From positions 1,765 through 65,764 of the forward strand of contig DAOVBM010000003.1 in assembly GCA_030670545.1 (NCBI GenBank): a stretch of DNA of 64,000 bases, in the 5' to 3' direction. Positions within the stretch are counted from its first letter, which is position 1; every line of letters starts with the position of its first letter. Positions 52,172 through 61,231 of this stretch are shown here, one piece after another. The stretch is from Candidatus Woesearchaeota archaeon. GTDB taxonomy: Archaea; Nanobdellota; Nanobdellia; Woesearchaeales; JAGLGH01. The translations under genes were made by a program, and so were the position numbers. A model generated the notes under the pieces. The model was not told the DNA's origin. It did not search any database and was given only the letters and a program-made list of their open reading frames with translations.

Positions 52172-52218
52172 AAGTAGAAGTTGATGCTAATAAGGGAACT
52201 GTTACAATTCTTAAATAA
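52172..52218 (+). repeat. 47-bp relic of the swivel-module 3' end (gtagaagttgatgctaataagggaactgttacaattcttaaataa)
   Basis: Identical or near-identical to 48009-48047, 49600-49640 and 51143-51170; encodes (V)EVDANKGTVTILK*. Confidence 0.7.
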
Positions 52219-52231
52219 GTTCTGCCATTTC

Positions 52232-52963
52232 TTATATCTCACCGACAGCAAACTCAAGCACAAGTTTCCCGCTCTCAATCTTATAATCTATAAGTTCAAG
52301 TGTTACAGGCAGCAGCTTGAAATAAGCCTTGTCTTCTCCGAATGCTTTTATCTCATAAGAACTCTCTAGCTTGTTTATTCTTATATTCTTAGGATCAGTT
52401 ATGCCTGGCATATCAAACTCGTATATTATCCTGTCTTTCAGCCTTCTTATGTTTGTCCCTTTTACTTCCTCGTATTTGACAGGCTTTTCAGGCATTATCT
52501 TCTCTTTCAGCTCTTCTATCTTGGTCACATTAATTTTTTTCTCTGGCTTAGCTTCCTTCTCTTTTAGAGCTTTCGGCTTTATCCCAAGCTTTTTCCATAT
52601 CTCAGGCTCATACTTCCTGAAATCTCCAAAAGTCTTTACTTTTACATCAGGCTTTCCATTGATATTTGTTATACTTATATCAATGCCGCTGAACTTTGTC
52701 TTTGGCTCTTTTTCAATATCTTCTAAGTCTATCTCCTGACCCCCAGAGAACTCATCAAAATCCTTGAATGTATCTGATACAGAATCAAACATATCAAAGA
52801 ATGGCATATAGCTCCTGAATCCAGGGGATATCTCTCTCCTTTCTTCAGCCTCTTTTTCCTGCTCTTCGCCGCAGAATGGGCAGAAGCTCCATTCTTTATC
52901 AATATCCAATTTGCAGTTATCGCATTTTTTAATTGGCATTTTGGAGCATAAATTAACTATCAT
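52232..52963 (-). CDS. zinc-ribbon plus Hsp20/alpha-crystallin-like domain protein
   Basis: N-terminal CDNC...CPFC zinc ribbon. C-terminal ~90 aa EFDMPGITDPKNIRINKLESSYEIKA...LVLEF resemble the small HSP ACD. Confidence 0.45.
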   Translation of the reverse strand: MIVNLCSKMPIKKCDNCKLDIDKEWSFCPFCGEEQEKEAEERREISPGFRSYMPFFDMFDSVSDTFKDFDEFSGGQEIDLEDIEKEPKTKFSGIDISITNINGKPDVKVKTFGDFRKYEPEIWKKLGIKPKALKEKEAKPEKKINVTKIEELKEKIMPEKPVKYEEVKGTNIRRLKDRIIYEFDMPGITDPKNIRINKLESSYEIKAFGEDKAYFKLLPVTLELIDYKIESGKLVLEFAVGEI

Positions 52964-52990
52964 TTAAATATTTAAAGTTTAAGAATTCAC

Positions 52991-54076
52991 TTAGTTATGC
53001 TTGTACTCATTATTAAGATACTTTGCAAGCCTTTTCAGCCCTTCTTCAATCTTACTGATATCAAGGGCATAACTGAACCTTACTCTCTTTGGATCGCCAA
53101 ACCATGCACCGTCATATACAATTGTGTTGTATTTGTAATAAAGGTCATTTACAACCTTGTTGGGATTCTTCATCTTGGGAAACACATAAAATGCTCCTTC
53201 AGGCTTCCATAGATCCAGATCAAGCTTTTTTAAGCCGTCATAAATCATATCCCTACGCTCTTCCCATATCTTTCTCTGATTCTCAATAAACTCTTTTGGG
53301 ACTGTTGTAGCTTCATGCGCCATCTCCTGGCCAAGAATGTTTGTGTTCATTGATGTATGAGTCTTGATTCCAATAATTTTGTCAATCAGCAATTTTTGCC
53401 TTGCATAAACATATCCTATCCTAAATCCGCACATAGCATAGGTTTTAGAGAATGAATTCAATGTAAGGACATGATCCCCTTTTATCAGGTAATTCTCCCT
53501 CCCATAAATCAGGTCTTTATAAACTTCGTCAGATATTACATAGACTCCATTGTCATGCGTCAATTTCTCAATCTTCTGCAATACATCCAGATCCTGTACG
53601 CTTCCTGTAGGATTCCCTGGGGAATTAATGACTATTGCCCTGTAACCTTTTGTATTTTGCTTTTCACTGATAATCTTTTCTTCAAGATTTTCATAATCAA
53701 TCTTACCCTCTACAAGGTCATAATACTCAGGAATCATATGCGCAAATTTAACATTAAAAGGATAAGAATAATAATAAGGCTTAGGCAATAATATTTTCCC
53801 TCCTGGCTCATATAATGCCCTTAATGAGAGATCCAGCGCTTCAGAAGCGCCGTTTGTTATAATAAAACTATCTGCTGTAGCATTATGATATTGTTCTGAA
53901 AGCGCTTCTCTCAGGTTTTCCTGGCCCTGGATAAGGCCGTATTTAAATGCTCTATATTCAGGCAGTATCTTATAAACTTCCTCAGGGGGGGGCATATCAG
54001 GCTGGCCTGAGCCAAAAGATATTATACCATTTCCTTCCTGTCCAATAAATATAGATGGGCTTGTTATTTTTTCCAT
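52991..54076 (-). CDS. class I/II PLP-dependent aminotransferase (aspartate/aromatic aminotransferase-like)
   Basis: NSFSKTYAMCGFRIGY PLP-lysine motif; GNPTG; 361 aa. Confidence 0.8.
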   Translation of the reverse strand: MEKITSPSIFIGQEGNGIISFGSGQPDMPPPEEVYKILPEYRAFKYGLIQGQENLREALSEQYHNATADSFIITNGASEALDLSLRALYEPGGKILLPKPYYYSYPFNVKFAHMIPEYYDLVEGKIDYENLEEKIISEKQNTKGYRAIVINSPGNPTGSVQDLDVLQKIEKLTHDNGVYVISDEVYKDLIYGRENYLIKGDHVLTLNSFSKTYAMCGFRIGYVYARQKLLIDKIIGIKTHTSMNTNILGQEMAHEATTVPKEFIENQRKIWEERRDMIYDGLKKLDLDLWKPEGAFYVFPKMKNPNKVVNDLYYKYNTIVYDGAWFGDPKRVRFSYALDISKIEEGLKRLAKYLNNEYKHN

Positions 54077-54091
54077 GTAAAATCACCGTTC

Positions 54092-55870
54092 CTATTTGGT
54101 TTTTTTAACTATATCAAGCTTGATATGCAGATCTTTCAGCTGCTCTGTTGTTATTTCTGAAGGGCTTCCATCCATGGGGCACTGCGCAGCCTTATTCTTA
54201 GGGAAAGGCATGACTTCTCTTATGTCATTGAATCCGCAAAGTATCGCAACAAGCCTTTCAAAGCCAATAGCAAACCCACCGTGCGGAGGCGCTCCATACT
54301 TAAATGCTTCAAGAAGGAACCCAAATCTTTCCTCAGCATCTTTCTTAGGGAATCCTACAATATTCATTATCCGTTCCTGGAGTTTTATATTATTGCATCT
54401 TATTGACCCTGAAGCAAGTTCGACTCCATTTAGCACAAGATCATAGCATTGGGCAATGACATTCTCTGGCTCAGATTCAAGAATATCCCAGTGTTCTTTT
54501 TTCGGCATTGTGAACATATGATGGGCTGGAGCCCATTCATTTTTATCATCATTCCATTCAAACAACGGGAAATCAACAACCCAAAGGAAATTGAATTCAC
54601 ATTTGTCATAAAGCTCAAGGTCTGCTCCAAGCTTATTCCTAAGCTTTGATATTATCTCATTGCATTTCGCAGGCTTATCAGCTACAAACATAAGGACGCT
54701 TCCTTGCTTTGCGCCTGTCTTTTCAATAAGCCTTTTCTGGACATCTTCATTAAAATATTTTGCAATATTACTCTCAAGCCCTTTTTCTGTCATGCGCATC
54801 CACGCCATCCCTTTTGAACCAGCCTCCTGGCAGAATGAGATATATCTGTCAATCTCTTTCCTGCTTATATCTTTTTCAGGGTTTATGCATTTCACTATGC
54901 CGCCTGATTCCACAACTGACTTGAACACTCCAAAGTCAGAATCCTTTACTATTTCGCTCACATCCGCAAGCTCAAGGCTGAATCTCATGTCTGGCTTGTC
55001 GCAGCCATATTTGTCCATAGATTCTTTGTATGTTATTCTTTTGAAAGGCGTATTGATATCGGTTTTTGTAGTTTCTTTCATAATCCTTTTTATGCAGCCT
55101 TCAACCACTTCAAAAATATCATCTTCTTCAACAAAAGACATCTCTACATCTATCTGCGTAAACTCTGGTTGCCTGTCATGCCTCAGGTCTTCGTCTCTCA
55201 GGCAGATAGGGAACTGGAAATACCTGTCAAACCCTGCTACCATCAACAGCTGCTTGTACAGCTGAGGCGACTGCGGTAAAGCATAGAACTTTCCAGGATT
55301 TACTCTTGAAGGAACTACATAATCCCTTGCGCCTTCAGGAGTTGATTTTACAAGCAGTGGTGTCTGAATCTCAATAAAATCATTTTCGCAAAAGAAATTT
55401 CTTGCAGCCTGCATTGCTATATGCTTTTTCATCATGTGCTGCTGCATCATTGGTCTTCGCAAGTCAAGATACCTATACTTGAGCCTTATATCTTCATTCA
55501 ACTCAACCCTGTCCTCTATTTCAATAGGAGGGGTCTCTGATTTATTAAGAATATCAATCTCATCAATGAATACTTCTATTTCCCCTGTCTTTAGATTAGG
55601 GTTGCGCATGCCTTCTTTTCTTGGTTTGACTGTCCCTTTTATCCTGATTACATCTTCTCTTCTCAGGCTTTCTGCTGTCTTTAATGCTTCTTTTGAGACA
55701 TCAGGGTCAAATACTATTTGGGTTATCCCATATCTATCCCTGAGGTCAATAAAGATTATCCCCCCATGGTCTCTTCTTGTGGAAACCCAGCCACAAAGGC
55801 ATACTTCACTATCCAGATTCTTTTTTGTAAGCTCACCGCATGTATGTGTCCTTAATTTTGTACTAAGCAT
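54092..55870 (-). CDS. aspS: aspartyl-tRNA synthetase, bacterial type (with GAD insertion)
   Basis: N-terminal OB domain RTHTCGEL...VCLCGWV..RRDHGGIIFIDLRD. Class II motifs (FRDED, GGFAIGFERL). 592 aa is the bacterial-type length. Confidence 0.85.
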   Translation of the reverse strand: MLSTKLRTHTCGELTKKNLDSEVCLCGWVSTRRDHGGIIFIDLRDRYGITQIVFDPDVSKEALKTAESLRREDVIRIKGTVKPRKEGMRNPNLKTGEIEVFIDEIDILNKSETPPIEIEDRVELNEDIRLKYRYLDLRRPMMQQHMMKKHIAMQAARNFFCENDFIEIQTPLLVKSTPEGARDYVVPSRVNPGKFYALPQSPQLYKQLLMVAGFDRYFQFPICLRDEDLRHDRQPEFTQIDVEMSFVEEDDIFEVVEGCIKRIMKETTKTDINTPFKRITYKESMDKYGCDKPDMRFSLELADVSEIVKDSDFGVFKSVVESGGIVKCINPEKDISRKEIDRYISFCQEAGSKGMAWMRMTEKGLESNIAKYFNEDVQKRLIEKTGAKQGSVLMFVADKPAKCNEIISKLRNKLGADLELYDKCEFNFLWVVDFPLFEWNDDKNEWAPAHHMFTMPKKEHWDILESEPENVIAQCYDLVLNGVELASGSIRCNNIKLQERIMNIVGFPKKDAEERFGFLLEAFKYGAPPHGGFAIGFERLVAILCGFNDIREVMPFPKNKAAQCPMDGSPSEITTEQLKDLHIKLDIVKKTK

Positions 55871-55971
55871 AATAACCCCCCTAATCCCTCTATGAATATG
55901 TTAATCTTTAAAGAAAGAAGGAGTATATTTAAAGGTTATTATTTTTTTGTATCTATTTAATCATATATAAA

Positions 55972-56375
55972 GGAGCACAAGCATCTTCAAATCTTGATGA
56001 GCGTAGCTCATTAAGTCTTGAGGAGTAAAACTCCTTAAGAACTTAGAAAGCTATGCTTTCCAAGTAAGTTAGAGAGCTTTGCTCTCCAAGTACTCCAGAT
56101 GTGTTTTTCGAAGGCTCTGTGTTCCCGGATGGAGCGACCCCTCACGACGAGCAGGATGTCATAGAAATCCTAAACTCCGACTTGCCCAGCCCTAAAGGAC
56201 TGGGCTTGCGCCGGATTTTCGAGACGGATTTCTAGGACACAAAATAAAGCAGGAATCAAAAATGCAATAGCATTCATCCTCGCCCTAAAGGGCAAGGCTT
56301 TCTGCTTTTTTTCGTGTAAAGATAGAATGAGTTTTGACCTGATGATGCTACTGCTTTTTTATATGCGACTTATTA
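55972..56375 (+). repeat. compound RE-A copy 6 containing both the four-hairpin array and a nested RE-B copy
   Basis: Family termini ggagcacaagcatcttcaaa / tgatgatgctactgc, hairpin array at 55992-56100, RE-B insert at 56157-56330. The 3' end supplies the last 9 codons of the P-type ATPase. Confidence 0.7.
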
Positions 56376-59263
56376 CATACTATTTTTGGCCTGAACCTTC
56401 TCAAGAGCAAAGAATTATATATTACGCTTACAGAGCTGAATGCCATAGCAGCGCCTGCTATTATTGGGCTGAGCAGCCAGCCTGTAAATGGGTACATTAT
56501 CCCTGCTGCAACAGGAATGCCTATCATGTTGTAGAGGAATGCCCATGCAAGATTTTGTTTTATCTTTCTCATACATACCTTGCTCAACTGAATTGCGGTT
56601 ATAAGGCCGCGAAGGTCATCTTTCATAAGCACAATATCCCCTGATTCAATAGCTATATCTGTGCCCGAGCCTATTGCTATCCCAAGGTCAGACTGCACAA
56701 GCGCAGGAGCATCATTTATCCCGTCTCCTACCATAGCCACTTTTTTGCCTCTCTGCTGCAGCTTTCTGATCTCTTTTGCCTTGTCTTTTGGCATGACTTC
56801 TGCAAGCACATTGTCGATATTGAGCCAGCTGGCGATTGACTCTGCAGATTTTATATTATCGCCTGTTATCATGATGACTTGCTTTTTCATTCTGTGCAGC
56901 GCTTCTACAGCCTCCTTTGAATACGGCTTCAGTTTGTCTGCAAAAGCTATTATGCCTACAACTTTTTTTCCTGCTGCAATTATTATCACAGATTTTCCCT
57001 GGCTCTCGAGATTCTCAAAATCAGATTCTATCTTCTTCAGGCTTATGCCCCTGGACTGCATTAGTTTTTTCTTGCCAATGATTACCTTTGCTCTTTTTAT
57101 TCTTGCTTCCACACCAAAGCCTGGAAGTGGCTTAAATGATGACGGGTCTGCAATCTTTATATCTTCTATCTTTGCAGCATGCACCAATGCTCTCGCAAGA
57201 GGATGCTCAGACCGCTTTTCAGCGATTGCAGCAATCTTCAGTATATCCTTTCTTTTATATTTTCCATAAGGGATTATGTCTGTCACTTCAGGCTTCCCGC
57301 TTGTCACTGTCCCTGTTTTGTCAAGGACAATAGTATCTATCTCCTGCGCCTTTTGTATGATATCAGTGCCTTTGAACAATATGCCTTGCTTTGCTCCTAT
57401 ACCTGCAGCTACCATAACTGCTGTAGGTGTTGCCAACCCAAGAGCGCAGGGGCATGATATTATAAGAACTGATATAGCTATTATCAGCGCAAACCCTAAT
57501 CCATATCCTGCTACAAGCCATATTATCAATGAAGCAATTGAAATAAGCAGGACAACAGGCACAAATACAGCAGATATCCTGTCAGCAAGCTTTTCTATAG
57601 GTGCTTTGCGCGCATATGACTGCATGACAAGATGCACTATTTGCATCAGGGTTGTATTCCCTCCTACTTTTTCAGCCCTGAAATTGAATGCTCCTGCTTT
57701 GTTTATTGTACCTCCTATTACCCTATCGCCTTCTTCCTTGTCTACAGGCATCCATTCTCCTGTTATCATTGATTCATCAACACTGGAGAAACCTCCGACT
57801 ATTATGCCGTCAACAGGGATTCTTTCACCAGGTTTTATATTGATTATGTCCCCGACCTTTACTTTTTCTATAGGCACGACTTTCTCCTGCCTGTCAACGA
57901 TGATTGTAGCCTTTGCTGGCTTTAGTTTTATCAGGCTTTTTACAGCTGAGATAACTCTCCTATGCGCTTTTGCTTCAAAATAATTGCCAAGAAGTATGAA
58001 AGCTATAAGCAGTCCTGCAACTTCATAATAAAGCTGGCTCCTGAAAGCATCTTTTCCCATTATGATCATGGCTGAAGAGAATAGGCTGTATAGATATGCA
58101 GATCCAGTGCCAAGCGCTATAAGTGTATACATGTTCAGCTTCCTGTTTATAATAGATCTTATTCCCTTGATATAAAACCTGTATCCAATTGCAACAATAG
58201 GCATCGCAAGCAGGAACTGGAATATTCCTATATATTTCTCTATCAGATATGTTATTGGCAGCCCTATATGAGGTCCCATTGATATGTATAAAAGCGGTAT
58301 TGCAAATATGAATGCGAATATTGTCTTTATCCTCAGCCTTTCCATCTCTTCTGTGGGCTCTTCAGGCTCTTCTTTTTCAGGCTTTATTTCAGGAATTTCT
58401 TCTTGAATCTGTTCTGGAATAACTGCTTTATCAAGATGCACTTCTTTAGGAAGTTCAGGTTTTTCCTGCTTGGCTTCAGGTTTTTTAGCTGCTTTCTTTC
58501 TCTTTTGTTTTTTTCTTTCTTTAATTGTCTTAGAAATAGATATTATGATTTTTTCAAATCTTTTTGCTTGCGCCTGAAATCCTATCTCTTTTTTCTCTTT
58601 TGGTTTTTTTTCTTCTTTAATCTTTTTAGTTTCAGTCTTTTTCTTTTTTAGCTCTTCTTCCTTTCTTCTTTTCTCTTTCTCAATCTCTGCTTTTTTCTTT
58701 TCCTTTTCTTTTTTGATTATCTCCTCTTTTCTTCTTTTCTCTTTTTCTTTCTCCTTTTGTTTCTTTTTCTCTTCCCTGTGTTTAAGATATGATTCTATAC
58801 CACCTTTGAATGCTTCTGCAATGCCTGTTCTTTTTCTTTCTTCTTTTATCTTCTTTTTTAACTTCTCAACCCTTTCCTTCTCTTTTGCAAGTTTTCTCTC
58901 AATTTTACGCTTCTTTTTCTCTTCTTCTTTTCTTATTGCTTCTTCCTTTCTTCTATTTTCTTCCTCTTTTTGTTTTACAATTTCCTCTTTCTCTTTTTCA
59001 GGCGCTTCTTCTTTCTCATCTTTTTTTTCTTCTATAACATCCTCTCCAGGTTTCCTGTATGTTCCAGTAATATGACCTGCTTTAAGGAAAGCTATCTTTA
59101 CCCTATGCTCGCTTATTATATCTTCATCAAATCTCACAATTGCAATAGAAGTATTGAAATTAATGTTTACGCTTTTTATACCTTTTTCGCGCTTTACAGC
59201 CTTTTTTAGAGTTTTGGCTGTATGTTTTGAATCCAGCGCATATACTTTTAAATAGACTTTCAT
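56348..59263 (-). CDS. P1B-type heavy-metal (Cu+-like) transporting ATPase with a long K/E-rich low-complexity insertion
   Basis: SCPCALGLATP (CPC), DKTGTVT, GDGINDAPAL, SEHPLA motifs. N-terminal HMA-like fold lacks CxxC. About 230 aa of K/E-rich repeats follow (aa ~70-300). Confidence 0.85.
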   Translation of the reverse strand: MKVYLKVYALDSKHTAKTLKKAVKREKGIKSVNINFNTSIAIVRFDEDIISEHRVKIAFLKAGHITGTYRKPGEDVIEEKKDEKEEAPEKEKEEIVKQKEEENRRKEEAIRKEEEKKKRKIERKLAKEKERVEKLKKKIKEERKRTGIAEAFKGGIESYLKHREEKKKQKEKEKEKRRKEEIIKKEKEKKKAEIEKEKRRKEEELKKKKTETKKIKEEKKPKEKKEIGFQAQAKRFEKIIISISKTIKERKKQKRKKAAKKPEAKQEKPELPKEVHLDKAVIPEQIQEEIPEIKPEKEEPEEPTEEMERLRIKTIFAFIFAIPLLYISMGPHIGLPITYLIEKYIGIFQFLLAMPIVAIGYRFYIKGIRSIINRKLNMYTLIALGTGSAYLYSLFSSAMIIMGKDAFRSQLYYEVAGLLIAFILLGNYFEAKAHRRVISAVKSLIKLKPAKATIIVDRQEKVVPIEKVKVGDIINIKPGERIPVDGIIVGGFSSVDESMITGEWMPVDKEEGDRVIGGTINKAGAFNFRAEKVGGNTTLMQIVHLVMQSYARKAPIEKLADRISAVFVPVVLLISIASLIIWLVAGYGLGFALIIAISVLIISCPCALGLATPTAVMVAAGIGAKQGILFKGTDIIQKAQEIDTIVLDKTGTVTSGKPEVTDIIPYGKYKRKDILKIAAIAEKRSEHPLARALVHAAKIEDIKIADPSSFKPLPGFGVEARIKRAKVIIGKKKLMQSRGISLKKIESDFENLESQGKSVIIIAAGKKVVGIIAFADKLKPYSKEAVEALHRMKKQVIMITGDNIKSAESIASWLNIDNVLAEVMPKDKAKEIRKLQQRGKKVAMVGDGINDAPALVQSDLGIAIGSGTDIAIESGDIVLMKDDLRGLITAIQLSKVCMRKIKQNLAWAFLYNMIGIPVAAGIMYPFTGWLLSPIIAGAAMAFSSVSVIYNSLLLRRFRPKIVCNKSHIKKQ

Positions 59264-59380
59264 ATAGTTAAAACACCCATCCCCTATTTAAATGCCTGAG
59301 GTATTTTTAAATAGTTTTGTTTTCTCTATAGAATGATAACAAGAGAAATGTTTATAAAGCTCTTTTCAACTCTGTACTAT

Positions 59381-59980
59381 ATGGGAAAGCTAACAACACC
59401 TAAGTATCCACACTCCCCAGTATATATGGATACACAAACTGCAGAATTCATAGAATCTCTTGAAGACAGGTTGCATCGTATTGATGCTATTAGAGTTGAT
59501 GACAATTCTATTTCAGTCCTTGGATCTGACACTCTAAATAGTTTATATTATGAGATTATAAAACGTAAATTATCCAGTCAAGAAAGTGATTTTTCTTTTA
59601 AGGATATAGATATAGCCAGTACATGTCTTGCTAAGGTCTGTACTTTAGGTCTTTATGCATTGACTAAAGGTGTGCGAAACAGAAAAAAACAAAGAGAAAT
59701 GTATTACCAGAAGATTGAGCAATATAAAAAAACAAATAAGGAGGAGGGGGAGGATAAGCTTAAACATCTCATGATTTATCAGGGAAACATTACAGAAGTA
59801 GAAGAAGAATTAGGACCTCTTAAAAGGGTAGATACAGGAAACGTAGAGACCTTTTTGAGTGAGGAGAGTAGACTCTTGCTGAGAATAAAAGCATATCAAT
59901 TGAAAGCAGACGCAATTGTTCATTATGTGAAAGAGAATGACTATTGTTATACAGGCACTCCAGTAAAGAAGAAAAATTAA
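59381..59980 (+). CDS. tandem paralog family member 1 (unknown function)
   Basis: Starts MGKLTTP like its paralogs; shares (E/D)RL..I(D/N)A..(V/I), YYEIIK, LGLYALTKGV(R/Q)NRK, C(Y/I)GTP(V/I)(K/R)KK motifs. Confidence 0.6.
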   Translation: MGKLTTPKYPHSPVYMDTQTAEFIESLEDRLHRIDAIRVDDNSISVLGSDTLNSLYYEIIKRKLSSQESDFSFKDIDIASTCLAKVCTLGLYALTKGVRNRKKQREMYYQKIEQYKKTNKEEGEDKLKHLMIYQGNITEVEEELGPLKRVDTGNVETFLSEESRLLLRIKAYQLKADAIVHYVKENDYCYTGTPVKKKN

Positions 59981-60004
59981 ATTTCCAAGCAATTTGTAAA
60001 AAAA

Positions 60005-60604
60005 ATGGGAAAGCTAGCAATACCAGATTCACTATTCATTCCACTAGGAATGAAGCAGGATGTAGTGAAATTTGTTGAATCTCTTGAAGACAGGCTTAGT
60101 TCTATTAATGCTGCCAAGATTGAATCTGATAAGATTTATGTCCTTGGATACAATCTGCAGACTCATTTCTATTATGAGATTATAAAAGATGTTTTATCAG
60201 GAGAAGAAAGTGAGTTCTCTTTTAAGAATCCTGATCTTAATAGTACAATGCTTGCTAAGTTATTTACTTTAGGTCTTTACGCATTGACTAAAAGTGTGCA
60301 AAACAGAAAAATGCAAGAGACTATGTTTTACCAGAAAGTGAACCAATATCATGAAGCAAATAATAACCAGATTGAGGATATGGTCAAGCATATTAGGGTT
60401 TATCAGGGAGACATTGCAGAAGCAGAAAAAGTATTAGGTCATCTTGAAAGAGTAGACACAAGAAGCGCAGAGAGATTCTTGAAAAAGGATGGTCCTTTAA
60501 GTCTAAGAATAGAAGCATATCAATTGGGAGCAGATGCGATTGTTCATTATGGGGAAACGTCAGATTCATGCATTGGAACTCCTGTTAGAAAAAAGAAAGA
60601 TTAA
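60005..60604 (+). CDS. tandem paralog family member 2
   Basis: About 80% identical to member 3. Conserved upstream spacer taaatttccaagcaatttgtaaaaaaaatgggaaagcta. Confidence 0.6.
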   Translation: MGKLAIPDSLFIPLGMKQDVVKFVESLEDRLSSINAAKIESDKIYVLGYNLQTHFYYEIIKDVLSGEESEFSFKNPDLNSTMLAKLFTLGLYALTKSVQNRKMQETMFYQKVNQYHEANNNQIEDMVKHIRVYQGDIAEAEKVLGHLERVDTRSAERFLKKDGPLSLRIEAYQLGADAIVHYGETSDSCIGTPVRKKKD

Positions 60605-60628
60605 ATTTCCAAGCAATTTGTAAAAAAA

Positions 60629-61228
60629 ATGGGAAAGCTAACAATACCAGATTCACAACCAATTCCACCAGGAATTAAGCAGGAGGTAGAGAAATTTGTT
60701 GAATCTCTTGAAGACAGGATTAGTTATATTAATGCTGTCAAGATTGAATCTGATCAGATTTATGTGCTCGGATACAATCTGCAGACTCATTTCTATTATG
60801 AGATTATAAAAGATGTTTTATCAGGAGAAGAAAGTGAGTTCTCTTTTAAGAATATAAATGTAGCCAGTACATCTCTTGCCAAGCTTTGCACTTTAGGTCT
60901 TTATGCATTGACTAAAGGTGTGCAAAACAGAAAGAAACAAAGAAAAATGTATTATCAGAAAGTGAAGCAATATGATGAAGCAAATAATAACCGGATTGAG
61001 AATATGGTCAAGAATATCAGGGTTTATCAGGGAGATATTGCAGAAGCAGAAAAAGAATTAGGCCCTCTTGAAAGAGCAGACACCGGAAGCGCAGAGAGAT
61101 TCTTGAAAAAGAATAATATTTTAAATCTAAGAATCAGAGCATATCAATTGGGAGCCGATGCGATTGTTCATTATGTGGAAACGTCAGGGTCGTGCATTGG
61201 AACTCCTATTAGAAAGAAGAAAGATTAA
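60629..61228 (+). CDS. tandem paralog family member 3
   Basis: Same length (199 aa) and motifs as member 2. Confidence 0.6.
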   Translation: MGKLTIPDSQPIPPGIKQEVEKFVESLEDRISYINAVKIESDQIYVLGYNLQTHFYYEIIKDVLSGEESEFSFKNINVASTSLAKLCTLGLYALTKGVQNRKKQRKMYYQKVKQYDEANNNRIENMVKNIRVYQGDIAEAEKELGPLERADTGSAERFLKKNNILNLRIRAYQLGADAIVHYVETSGSCIGTPIRKKKD

Positions 61229-61231
61229 ATT

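Noticed and set aside
58403-59209. Plus-strand F/L/S-rich ORFs
   Set aside because: They are the complement of the K/E-rich purine-repeat region of the P-type ATPase and are low-complexity artefacts.
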